Positions 42,054-54,721 of a stretch of DNA of 64,000 bases are shown piece by piece. Made by a program: the position numbers and the translations under genes. Source of the DNA: Camelus ferus (Eukaryota); the NCBI RefSeq assembly GCF_009834535.1, contig NC_045697.1, positions 114,702,001 to 114,766,000 on the forward strand, given 5' to 3'. Numbering within the stretch: the first letter of the stretch is position 1; each line of letters starts with the position of its first letter. The notes under the pieces were generated by a model. It did no database searches. It had not been told where the DNA came from and was given only the letters and a program-made list of their open reading frames with translations.

Positions 42054-42508
42054 TTTTTTTCAAACTGAAGTATAGCCAGTTTACAATGTTGTGTCAATTT
42101 CTGGTGTACAGTGTAATGTTGCAGTCATGCATATATATACATATATTCATTTTCATATTCCTTTTCATTATAGGTTACTACAAGATATAAAATATAGTTC
42201 CCTGTGCTATACAGTAGAAACCTGTTGTTTATCTATTTTACATGTAGCAGTTGGTACCTGCAAATCTCCAACTTCCAATTTATCCCTTCCATAAAAAAGA
42301 ATAAAATAATGCCATTTGCAGCAATATGGATGGACCTGGAAATCGTCATTCTAAATGAAGTAAGCCAGAAAGAGAAAGGAAAATACCATATGTGGAATTA
42401 GAAAAAAAAAAAAAGACACAAATGAACATATTTACAAACAGAAACAGACTCACAAACATAGAAAACAAACTTATGGTTACTGAGGGGCAAAGGGGGTGGG
42501 GAGGGGTA
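42054..42508 (-). mobile_element. L1 3' end with inverted 5' segment (twin-priming structure)
   Basis: 42054-42290 is an antisense L1 3' terminus and 42291-42508 is the adjacent upstream L1 segment in sense orientation. Degenerate TSD TATAACTCTGTT / TATAATTCTGCT. Confidence 0.85.
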
Positions 42509-45500
42509 TAATTCTGCTTGAATTATTTTCTATATGCTGCTTTAGAAATAATTTGGTATCAAGGTTAAGACACTTGTCCCCTCAGATATATCAGGTTTTT
42601 CTCCAGGCATTTATCTTAGATTTTGGAACTTAGTATAATATAAGCCTATTGATTAAGCCTATGTCTGTCAATAAGTTCAGAAATCTAAAGTATTTCCCTT
42701 ATAAAAAGGAGTAATCTGGTCATTCTCTCTCCACAACTTCAAGAACACACATTAGCTTAATAATTTGGATTTTTTTCTGGTTGATGAAAAGGAAGTCAGT
42801 ATTTAGGATTATTTTAGTGTTTCTGCCTGGCTGTGTGAGTCAAGATCAGAACTTCTAGGATTTGGGAAGCTGCTGTGGAAATCATGGTGAAGTTGCTAGT
42901 ATAGGCAATTTACTATTAGAAATTTGAGTAATTTCTATTAAGTAATGTTCTATGAATAGGTATATACATCTATTAATATGGTAGTATGGTTTAAATATGA
43001 GTTAATTTAGAGCATAAAATTTCACTGACTGAGAGAATCTGTAAGGTCCACATTTGTGGGTGTTTATAGGTTCAAAGCCACAAAGCCACATATATATATA
43101 TACACACATACCCACACACACATATACATACACACACACACATATATACATATTTTCCATTTTACTCACTGGCCTAGGAAATATATCTACATCTATATAT
43201 AATTATGTATGTATGTATCTATCTATATACACACATATATGTGTGTATATATATTACTTTACTAAGGTCAAAGCGCATGCAAAAATGTGTGAGAGATTAT
43301 ATTATACTGTTCACATTATTCTCCTCCATCTTCTTAGAGTCTAGTACTGAGTTGAGAAACTAAGAGAAATTCATTGTGATTTTGGTGTAATTTAGACGAT
43401 GACTTATTATCACATGCTGAGGGAAGGGCTCAGACTGCACTCTCAGGGATCCTACTCGGCAACAGAATTGTAGGATGAAAGTTACTAACAGGATAAAGAA
43501 AATGGTTCCCTATTTTCCTGGCATCCTTTGGAGAGGAATGTTTGGGCCAGACACAGCTAGAAATAACACTGTACTCTAGGAAAGTCATTTTCCCAAAATA
43601 TGTTCTACATTTTTATGCAGAAAGTATTTGAATGTCCTTTAAAATGGTAAAATAACAGTCTGATCTTGGGTACCAGCTGCTCAGTCGTTGTGCTGACATC
43701 ACTGGAAAACCTGGAAGGACATTGAGACTTTTCACAGATTCTCATAATGCCTGGTAACAGGACAAGCCGACTGGTTACTGAGCAATGCAAAGAGAATTGT
43801 CGTGGTCATTAGTCTTGCAGAAAATTCTGTTCCTACTTCCCCAGTCAATTCTTAAGGAATACTCAAATATAATTCCTTTATATCAGGAGATATAATTAAC
43901 TGAATCAAGGATAGGACAAGAGAGAGAGGAAGACATTATACCCTCCATCCACTTCCTGGGGTTGGCAGTGTTCATGACCATTCAATTGGGCTTTTGTTCT
44001 TCATTAACTATTAACTGTCTTTCATACCCAACAGACAGCATTCTATCACCATAAGTGATCTCTAGAAACATAAGAGAGTAGCTCTGGAACCGTCTGAAAT
44101 GAAATCATTGCCCAAGGTGTGTCCATTCAGTTGTCCATCATCTAAGCAATGGAAACCATCCTTCTGCATAATTAGTTCAAAGCAATTATAAAAATAGAGA
44201 GAGAGAGAGCAGAGCACTGTTCCTCAAGGTCTCCACCCTCCCAGACACCTAGTTTTCTTGTTTTGTCAGGGTAGGGGACCTGGGCATTGACTGCCCTTCT
44301 TTGGTGAACTTTTCTACCAGCATTTTTTGTTTGCAGTGATTATTCTTTTGAAGCCATCAGAAAAGGTCACAATAAGCAGTTTCAACTGCTGTTTTGACAC
44401 GTTCACGATAAGCTAATAGAACAGCAGCCCAGGCCAAGGAACTTTGTATGGCAGATGTTTGGAATGAGAATTAAGTTTTGATCTCTGAGAGTCTGTCCTC
44501 TTCAGGTGATTACTCTTTCTAATCTGCAATTTGGTTACTCCCAAAACTATCTATTCTGCTACAATGTTCAACATGCCTCCTTCTTCTAAAAATTCTACAT
44601 CTATTTTGGACATTAGCTCTGTTTCTCTAGCCTTCCTGAATCTCTTTTCTACAGAATTAGCTATTGGTAAGTTCCCAAGGAGATTACTCCACAATAAAGA
44701 CATTCTGGAAACTCTCCTTTGTCTCATCTAGATTCCTTATCTATCCTTCCAGGTCCATTGGCTCCCATGTGTTTCCACCATAGAGTTAGCCATTGACAAG
44801 TCCCCAGGAAGCATAGCTGTGAAGAGTAAGGCAGGGAAGTGGGAATGTGCTACCAAAGAGGCAGTCCTCAACGCTCAACACTCCCAGCTTTGTGAAGTGC
44901 AGCTCTCACTTGATTGCAAACATGAAGTACTTAGCTGGAACTGATAATTTCCACTCTCACCCACTGGATTCCCAAATGCAAGAACTAATAGCTAGAAGGA
45001 AACATTGTCCACATCATTGATCTGAAATCTTTGATATCCAGTGAAGAGTTGGGATTTGAATCCCAAATTCACAAGGCTATATATGGACTGGAATCCTTGC
45101 CCTATTCTTTGTATGTAGTTGTATTCCAAAATATAAGCCTAGATTTTGCTTTTTTATATAAAAATAATACTTCTCTGAAGCTGGGCAAGTCCAGCATTTC
45201 ATGCTCCTTACCTCAGTCCTTAGGGCTGGTTCCCTCCAAAGCGATCAGAATACTGCAACAGTTTTAGCACTGTGATTGCTTCTGATGACATCAAGGAGAA
45301 GGAGACAGTTGGTCTTTTAAACTTGCCACCTATTTAATATTTCTATTGAAGCCATGAAAGCTGGGAGTTAAAACTGTATGCTGTGTCACCTGGTACAATT
45401 TTGCTCAGAAGTGAATGTGACAGTTCATGTCAGCAGGAGCAATTCTGAAAATATAAATCCAACCTTGCTAGACCCACATGGGGGACAATATTGCTTTATG

Positions 45501-45889
45501 ATTATATGATAAATTTTAGAATATGATAGACATGGTTTCAAGTAATAGATATTCTACAAATTGGTTGTCTATTATAAACAAATCACTTGCCTTCGGAGAT
45601 CCTCATTGTAAAATAAAATGAAAAAATACCTATTTTTCAGTGTATTCTAAAAATTAAGAATGGATAATACTTTTTATTCCTATACTGTGCCCAGTAGATA
45701 GAGGAACTGTAAGAGGATAATTTTATTGTGATGTGCACTGAAATTGTAAGCTTAATGTGCTTTATGTGAGCAGTCTGAACCTTTTCTACACAATGAGCTA
45801 TAAGTGGTGTGGCTGAACAATCGTTCAATCATTGCTGAATAGAAAGCAGAAAATGAGAAATAGGCAAAAGTGTGATCCAATGAGAAATC

Positions 45890-46030
45890 AACAGGCTTTA
45901 AAGATTCAGGTTCAAATCCCTTACAGCTGCATAACTTTATTATTCTCATTTCTGGACTTCACTGTCCTTCATTTGTGTAATAAAGATAACAATGTACACA
46001 TTGTTTGCAGTGAAGATTAAGCCAAATAAT
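45890..46030 (+). mobile_element. MIR SINE (degenerate)
   Basis: 'ggttcaaatccct...tctggacttcactgtccttcatttgt...gtgaagattaa'. Confidence 0.55.
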
Positions 46031-47982
46031 AAGAAAGTAATGATAGCAAACACTTTACTGAGTACATTTTAGACACAAATAAACATTCTTTTAATCACTG
46101 GTTTTGTATATACACACAAAGATGTATGAATTAATAGCATTGATTTCAAGCCTCAATTATTTCTTCTGCATGGAGACCGATCCTTGGTTTAAGGTTACTT
46201 TCCATCTTTGACTGGCCAGGGGATGGTCATATCTGAACTGAAAGGATTCTCTCCCAGTGGTCACCATGGTTAGAAACCTGCAAGAACCTCTGAGGGTCAA
46301 GAAAGCATATTTGTTCAACAGTGGTGGCAATGATTTTTTTTTTAATCCTAAATAATGTCATATATTTTACAGTGCTTCAAAGTAAACCTCCTTATTTTTG
46401 ATTCTTTGCATATTAACAAACCAAAATCAAGTGGAAAATGAGAAGAATGGTATGTATTTAAAATTCACTCACAAAGAAACGTGCTTTTATTTGTTTAATA
46501 TATTTCTGGAAGCCAATATTAACAAGCTTTCATGATCTTTATTAACACACGGCATCTTTGTAGTGTGCAACAGTGTCACTAATTTTTACATGCATAGTGG
46601 TGCATTACCAATTGCAGCAAATGAAAAAACAGGCAATTAGGAGCTATTTGATTCTGGTCCTTCATTTAAATTTTACAGCTGTTCTGTGTTTGACCAGAGC
46701 AAGTCTTTGGATGTATGTAAGTTTGAAAAATCAGGTGTGGACTTTTTTTGGTTGGTGTTTTATTTTTGTTTTATTTTAACACCAGAAGTGGCTCCCTCAA
46801 GTGAAAAGTGTAAAATTGCTAGACTCTCTAAAGACCCAAAGGAAATTACCTGTAGCATGAAGGTTGGTGGCAAATCACGCTTGCTTTTTATCAAGATGTA
46901 ATCCAACAAGTCATTTGGGATACATATGTTTTCACCATTGCTGTTAAAACATAAAACCAAATATCACAGTGACCAACTATTTCTACACAACTCTGTAAAG
47001 AGACCAGAGAGAATGGACTTTCCTGAGGTCCCTAGGTTTCCAAATTGCTCTGGAAATACAACCATATTCTGCAGAGGAATAAAAAAGACTCCTGTGATCT
47101 CTAAGTATTTTATAACCCTGGTAAGAACTCAGATTTAACAAATTTTAGCTAAAACATAGCTTGACATTTATGAGATGCTACATTTAAACACTGTCATTTT
47201 GATTGAAATCAACTTTCTCCTGGAACAAACCAAGCCTTTATCTCTTTTATATCTGTGGTTTCATAGCGGTTCTCACACACTGCAATCTTGTCTATATAGA
47301 GCTGATAATATTTCCAAAACCGGAATGTTTAGGGGATAATGCATCGTACTGGTTATGTTATTCAAAAATAAACTGCAAAGAAACAACAGATCTTGAATGA
47401 AGGTCTATTTAGTGTGACTGCTCTTCAGAAACGTAATTTCAATGTCACGGATTTCTGAGGCTTTTCTTTCTCTAGTTTCTGGCTATTCGTGCAAAGACAG
47501 ACATGAAAATAATAATTCTAATTAACTACGATCCTGTGGGGTTTAGATTTTTTCATTACACAAACATTTATGTAGTGACAGTTATCATCTAAAATGCTCT
47601 TTTATGATCTTGTTTTTCTAAGTAGAAGGTAAATAGCATAATAATACACATTTTAAAAATAATGAAACTGAAGCAGCAGGATCTTAAGTAGATAAATCAC
47701 AAAACTTGCTTTTGGACCCAGCCTCCAGGCAGCATGGTGTCGGCTTCCGCACTCCGTTGCCTCCCTGTGGAGTGAGGCAGGTGCCAGTTGTTTTGGTGTA
47801 ATGTTTGGTGTCATCAGCGTCCCCATCATCAACTTTCTTGATGTTGGAAATCCACATGTCAAAACATGTGTCTCATGGGAAAGTTTTTCTTTCCTAAGAT
47901 AACACTTGCGTGTCGGTAAGTGGCCTCATGAAGGAATCTGAAAGAAAGCATGTGCAAGGTTGGGGGTAGTGCTGGGATGGGA

Positions 47983-48122
47983 GGGGGTCAGGGGACAGAT
48001 CAGTGGTAGAGCCACATGCTCAGCATGCACGAGGTACGTCCTAGGTTCAATCCCCAGTAACTCCATTAAATAAATAAATATAGAAATCAATACTAAATAT
48101 CTCCTCTCAAATAAAAAAAAAA
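47983..48122 (+). mobile_element. vic-1-like SINE, first of a tandem pair
   Basis: 'tcagtggtagagccacatgctcagcatgcacgagg..ggttcaatcccc' plus tail. Confidence 0.85.
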
Positions 48123-48126
48123 TCGT

Positions 48127-48260
48127 GGAAGAGGGTATGGCTCAGTGGTAGAATGTGTGCCTAGCCTAGTATGCACGAGGTCCTGAGTTCAATCCCCAGT
48201 ACCTCCATGAAAACAAAACAGAACAAACCTAATTACATCCCCTCCCACCACCAAAAAAAG
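48127..48260 (+). mobile_element. vic-1-like SINE, second of a tandem pair
   Basis: 'gagggtatggctcagtggtaga...gagttcaatccccagtacctcc' plus tail. Confidence 0.9.
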
Positions 48261-48749
48261 TAAAAGAATGTACAAAGAAAAGTAGCTCTGATAGATGGAC
48301 AGAGGAAGCTATGAGTCAAATACCACCTTTTTTAGTCTCTAGGTCCCGGGGTACCTGAAGTCCAGTTAGCGCTGTGTTTTTTTTTCAGGACCAATGAATT
48401 CTCCCACTTCGCTGAAGCTTGAAGAGTTCTTCCAGGTGTCAGGCTCTCCTGCAGATGAGAAGGCAATTAAGAAATGCCACCATCAGTTCCACTTCCAACT
48501 CCTTAAAGGCAGGGGTTCTATCTTGTCCAACCCTGATGCCTCTGCACATGAAGGCGTGCAGAAATGTTTGTGGAGTAAGGGAAGGAAGGCTGGTCTCAAA
48601 GCTAGTGACTGCCAGTATTCCCACAGCCAGGCTGGGCCACACCAAGCGCTGACTCCAGGAAAGTCAAAGGTGGTTTGACTATTATGATACACTCTACACT
48701 TGATTGGATTTATATTGAATATCTTTGTTTGCCATCATCATATTTTTGC

Positions 48750-49030
48750 AAAATATTGAGGTATTATTTACATATAATGTAATTTAGAGAGATATTAGGA
48801 CAAACTTTGGTGACTTTTGACAAATGCATACATCCATATAACGTACACCTCATCGTGGTACCTACAGAACAACCCCTCACTCCAGAAACCTACCATCTTT
48901 TCCACTCACTCCCGATTACTAGAGTTATCTGTGCTGAATTCTATCACAGGTTAGTGTGGTCTGCTCTAAAATGTCATATAAATCGAATAATAAGATTTAA
49001 CCTCTTTTGTGTCTGGTTTCTTTCTCTCTA
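48750..49030 (-). mobile_element. Old L1 (L1MB/ME-like) 3'UTR fragment
   Basis: 'ttgaggtattatttacatata...ttttgacaaatgcataca...ctcttttgtgtctggtttctttc'. Confidence 0.65.
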
Positions 49031-50444
49031 GACACTATTAGTATCTCTCTTGCATGAAGTAGGAAAGAGAGATAAAGTGAATAAATAATTGGTGACTAAT
49101 TATTATTGGCCACCGATCATCCAGATAGTGGATGTCTGAGCTCAGGTTCAAATTTAGCAATTTGACTTCAGAGTCCATGTCCTTAGTAGTATGTCCAGGG
49201 TCCACCTGCTTGAACTTCCATGTATTTACATTTAAAAACTAAACATATTATCAAAGGCTCAGGGTTTGAATTTTATTGTAAAATTTGTATTGTAAAACAT
49301 TTATTGTTAAATATTATTATTTAAAATCATATCTTTTTTTAAAGGGCCTAATATTAAATTATGGATTTTCTCTTATGTTACTCTAACATACTTTATACAT
49401 ATAAAGGAAAGACAAAATTAAGACAATCACCTAAAAAATTTAATAATAAAACAATTGCTTTAATTAAAATTCCTACTATTTCATGCATTTTTTAAACCAA
49501 GCTATTTAGAATCAGTCCTGAAATTTTCATTTCACCTGCAAACCAGACTTCAACGGAGGCAAAGTACTACAAATAAAAAGTGTTAAACTGTATGTTAAAA
49601 AGGTAAATGTATATCATAATATAATTTAAAATGACATAAATAGGCTTGTCAGTTTAACTTGTTCTGACCGAAGCATTGATACAGTGAAATTTTTAAAAAC
49701 AGCATCATGGATTTAAGAACATACTAGGGTAGCAAGATGGAAAGAAAGACTGCTGTCAATTAATTGATGCTACAAGGATCCAGAACATTGTTTACAGAGG
49801 TGTTTTCTTATTGAATTATTTGAATGAAATTACTTAGTGAAGATTTTAGCATAATGGTGCCACAAAATATTGTCTGCGAATGAATCGCCACAAACTCTTC
49901 ATGAGTTCCCCAATGGAAGCACATTCTTTACTGAAATTTAAAGCCTCTCATTAAGAACTCGGAGGAAAATTATTGACGTGCTGTGGGACTTTCCAGGGCG
50001 AAGAGAAAATGATCTGTTTTTCTTCAGCATCATATAAAAAGACATATATAATGAAGCAGCTGTGAATGAGGATGATAATGAATGCACAAAGCTGCTTTTT
50101 AAGGGATTAATTATTTCCCTCAATATTTCTGGAGGCCCTTTAACGACTTTTATTATGGTCACTGTCAATTATACGTAGGCTCATTTTGATAACATTTTCT
50201 AGGCGTCAACATACAAAATTATGTCCTACCCAAGGGTGATCTGAAACTCTGCCACCTCCCGCAAAACCTGCCTTCCCACTTCCTCCTGCCTGACCCTAGT
50301 AAACTAAGATGGCATTTTAAATTGGTGAAACTAATGGGGTATATATAATACACATATAAATTAATTGGCAGAGACTTTGTTTTCCTATAAGCAGTATTAT
50401 AGAGAACCGTGTGATTTGCACCTTAACAAAGGAATCATTTAAAC

Positions 50445-50680
50445 CATGCATTCTCAAAGGGAGGCATATCGCCTTCAAGGATACAAAAGTGGGGTCTTTG
50501 GGGCTGACGTATCTTGGACGTCACAATGGTTTGTGGGCTTCCGAAGAGTCACAGGACATAAAGTCAGTATATCTGTGATATTCGAATTTCATGGTGCAAG
50601 CTAGACAATTAGGAAATAAAAGTCTAAAAATTTTAGTCTCTGTAGAGTAGTGGCAATGAGCAAAAGAGTGCAAAACACTG
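50445..50680 (-). mobile_element. hAT-Charlie non-autonomous element, MER112-like
   Basis: Termini 'catgcattctcaa' and 'aaacactg', with internal 'caatggtttgtgg' and 'cagtatatctgtg..tt..aatttcatgg'. Confidence 0.7.
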
Positions 50681-50788
50681 GACAGTGATGTTATGTCAGA
50701 TACAGCAGTGTTGATTCAATGATTGAGGTCATTTTTAATATTTTGTGTGTCAATACAGTCCAAGAAATAATGAATTTTAACCTCTTGG

Positions 50789-51154
50789 TGGTTTTGACTG
50801 ACTGTTAGCCCCCCCCCCCCCATTCGTATGTTGAGGTCTAATCCCCAGTGTGATGGTATTTGGAGGTAGGATTTGGGGGAGGGGATTGGGCCATGAAAGT
50901 GGAGGCCTCAGGAATAAGATTGGAGCCCCTATAAAAGAGACCCCCAAAACCTCCTTTGCCCCTCCCACCAGTGAGGACCCAGCAAGACACGGCCCTCTGC
51001 AAACCCGGAAGAGGGCTCTCAGAAGACACTGAATTTTCCAGTGCCATGATCTTGGACTTCCTCGCCTCCAGAACTGTGAGAGATAAATTTCTGTGGTTTA
51101 TAAACCACCCTGTCTATGGTATTTCTCTTACAGTAGCCCAGATGGACTAAGACA
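50789..51154 (+). mobile_element. Complete MaLR solo LTR, MLT1A0-like, with 5-bp TSD
   Basis: TG...'gactaagaca' termini with TSD CTTGG at 50784-50788 and 51155-51159. Diagnostic 'gatcttggacttc..cctccagaactgtgaga'. Confidence 0.9.
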
Positions 51155-51616
51155 CTTGGTATGGGGGCAAAGGAGAAATAATTAAGGTCCAGTTATTTAA
51201 ACAACCGGCTCATGGACAAAGTTGCAGATACATATTTGCAAATACCTCCTTGATTTTCAATAGCATAGCTTTCATTATATTTGAGTTAATATACATATAA
51301 TTATTTCTGCTAAAATATTCTCATGAGCCAATTAAGATAGCAGCAAAAGGGAAACCTGTCTCTACCTGTGCCATTGGCTTGATTCTAAGTAAGCGAGAAA
51401 GTGCCAGGTGAGTCAGAGGAGGGTTGAAATAACTCCCATACTAAGAGCAGAGTTTTTTGTTTGCTGGTTTGTTCGCCTAATATTTCTTCTACTGTTTCTT
51501 TTTAAAATCATCAAAAGAAATGTTGGTTTTATGGATACTTAGTGGCAGTTCTTTCAAAGGAGGTCAAATCTGGCCACGCCCCTTTCAATCCCCAAGGAGG
51601 AAGTGTAGAGAGAAAG

Positions 51617-52109
51617 TGTAGGATTAAACAGCAAGGATGACGGTATTCAAGACTATTGAAACATGGGATAGAGACTGAATTCACCTCTGCTGAAACCAAA
51701 GGCAGGAGAGTTTTTAAGCACCGGGGTGAGCAGGTGGAAAAGCACAGGACGATATTAGTGCGGAAGATGGCCGATGGGATTGGCCATTTGTGTTTGCTAA
51801 TTGGAAGTCACCAAAGATAGAGTTCTTCCCTCCCTCAGGGATGGGGAGACAGGGGCCCGATTTTCTTAACCATCACATTCAAAAGGCAGGCTTCCAAGTT
51901 CCTGAGAAAGACATACCTGCATTGTAAAACCAGCCCAGCTGGAAAAAGTCTGGGAGAAAATTTACATCTCACAGAGGCACTAAAAACACTTACAGTTGTA
52001 AGTTTTTCCTAAAATAAAAGCTCTGACAAAGTGGAGATCAGGGGTCTATAATGAGGAACAAACTGTCTAAAGTTTAGTCAGTTGAAGGGAACAGTAAAGA
52101 CCTTAATCA
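51617..52109 (-). mobile_element. ERV1 solo LTR, MER31-like
   Basis: 'aaaggcaggagagtttttaagc..gggtgag', 'ggccatttgtgtttgctaattgg', 'ctgtctaaagtttagtca'. Confidence 0.75.
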
Positions 52110-53123
52110 GAAGAAGATTATTGATCAGGATCCATGATGTAATTAGATGATGCTGTTTTACTCAGGGATGGAGTTATTATAAGGAGGAAGAAGGTGAAAG
52201 ATGATTGAAGGTGTTTGTGGTTTTCATTCACCTTTTGGGATTCTGTTTGTTGGTTAATTTCTTCCAGTCTCCTAGTAAGTTAACATGAAAGTGCAGATTT
52301 TTCTGTCCTCTTTTCATTTCCAATTGACTTCCAAAACTGTGCTTTAGGGCCCCATAATAAATCCTTTTTCATCTGCTGATAAATTTTTAGATTATATATG
52401 TGTTTATTTTTATTTTTACCTTCCTCTGCCTTTGAGATGATAAGTTCTATCTGTCTAGGATTTGTTGAGAAATTAGCGAAAAAGAATCAAAGGGCCATTT
52501 AGTTGGATTTTTGTGCAGTCTTAAACATGACAGGCAAAAGTGGCCTTTGTCACTTCCTGGCTTGGCCCAGGTGACAGAGACTACAGAGAGTAGGGTTACA
52601 GGTACTTGGATACTGGAAGGGCATCTGGGTATCTGTGATTTCTTCCGACCTTCCCACTTCTACATTATAAGTAGCACAGGATTCCACATTTCTACTAAGA
52701 AAGTGAAGAGAATATTCATCTTTTAAGTAATAGTAGAGAAAACTAAACATTTTTTCTTTTGCAAAACAGTATCACATGGAACTTCGGATAGCAAAGCCAA
52801 ACTCCAAATTATAAGCTCATTTACAAACAAACGGTGTGGTTTTATGTGATCTAGATTTTCTGCAATTTTGTTTTTAATCAAGTGGACTGAGTCTTGTCAG
52901 AATAAACAAGTATAAGAAAATCTCTGGTTTATGCAGGATGACTGGGCATTAAATTGGCTAGAGATTAGCTGAATATTGATCAAATGAAATTCAACACGTT
53001 CTTGTGTTTATACGTACATATATATCCGATTTTCAAAAAATAATATTCAACTTTGAAGTTATCCTGACCGTAATCTTCTTTTGATTAGAAATTAATGGTG
53101 AGGTGTTATATTTGTTTCCACAG

Positions 53124-53150
53124 GCATTAAATCTCAACTGAAGATTAAAG
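53124..53150 (+). CDS. Candidate 27-nt symmetric microexon, (G)IKSQLKIK, open only in phase 1
   Basis: Acceptor 'tatatttgtttccacag|G' and donor 'AAG|gtaagg'. Length is a multiple of 3 and it lies in non-repeat sequence. The other two frames contain stops. Confidence 0.4.
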
Positions 53151-54721
53151 GTAAGGGGGATCCATCCACAATAATTCTCCCTGTTTACAGAGCGGGAAAT
53201 TCGAATGAAGAAAAAGTACAGTTGTCTGTTAACTGGTATCCTCTATCCAGTCCTCCTCCAGGTCCATAACTCAGCAATACGATTCATGTTGTATCAATAG
53301 CTGTGTCCATCTCTTTCCGCTGACCAGTTGTGAGTTCTCTTCCCCAATATTATAACATTTCAGAGTTAAATGTTGGAATTAAATAATCATACTACCGTTT
53401 TCCAGAGTGTGTTTCAAGAATTGTGACACAAACGCTGGGAAGGGAAAACTTTGAATTGCACACAATTGTTGTGTTTTTCCTTTTTTAGCTGAAGGACTTC
53501 CGGGGCATTTTGTGTGGTCATTGCACATCTTCACGATGGTTTTCTAATACAGTGTGCTTCTCTAACTAACTCGATTTTTTTTTTCCCATGAAACAACTTA
53601 AGTAGTCTCATACTATTGAAATCACATACTGGGTAGTGCCATTTAATTCAGATTCACAGTAATTTTATATTTTAACTTCTAGTTTCTAAGTGATTAGAGA
53701 TAGAACTTCTATATTTTATGAGGATGGTATATGCTAAACTAAACTAAAAAAAAAAAGAATGTTACACATTCTTGGAAAATTTTAAGAACCCTCACAAAAG
53801 CCCTGTCTGCCTATTTTCTGTCATGCAGCTTAATGTAGTACTTTTCAAATATCCTGTTGCCACTTAAATTTAATTTACTAGACTATTGGAAAAGTACAAT
53901 GCAAATTTATTAATATAAGCTGACCTTCTTTGGGGGTTTTAAAATTTACCACTTTCTTGATTTTGAGGTATAAATAGTAAATATCTTACAAACATGAAAA
54001 CCAACTTATTTTCTCTACGATTAGACTCAAAATAATTTTTGGTGACAAACATATTATTTAGTGAGTTTTGCCCTTACCACAGGTCTGTAAATATAATATC
54101 ATGCAAATTAATTAATTTACATGTGAGGTACGTCTTGACTGCTGTCATTGGGAGAGTTGTGATGACATTAATGACAGAAAATAGAACCAGCTCAGTTCCA
54201 GAGCACCCCTTAGAAATCTCATGATTTAGTTTCAAATTTCATTAGGTCTTCAAGAAGTAATCAACTACTTTGAACAGAATTACAATTTGCATTTACCTGA
54301 AATTTGAATTACCTACACTTCAAGTAAATCTTAGGAAGAATGCAGATCAAAACAAACAAATGCAGGTGTCTACCATTAATTACCCCTTCCCCCAAATCAA
54401 ACTTTTTGCTATGAATTTCATCATCATGAATTTTTTTAATGAAATTACAGAAGGTTAACTGTTTAGCTCGTGAATCAGGGTCATAACACTTAAGATACCC
54501 TGGATCCTGATCTTGAAAGCTTCCACCCTGTTTCAAGGCATTTAATCTAATCTTTTAATTTGATTCACAGAATTTTGTAAATAATTTTGAGGAAGTCTAG
54601 GATTGATTTACTCCTTCAAAACTGACAAGACCTTACTTTGGTCAGAATATTTCTTTATTAGTTAAAAATAATTATAATAAAATTGTGCCAAAAGAATTAT
54701 TGTCAAAATGACAAATTACCT

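Noticed and set aside
49979..50062. Resemblance to a lentiviral LTR core (GGGACTTTCCAGGG ... AAGCAGCTG)
   Set aside because: Only short motif matches. There are no LTR termini, TSD, Sp1 array or R/U5 features, so it is kept only as a host motif cluster.
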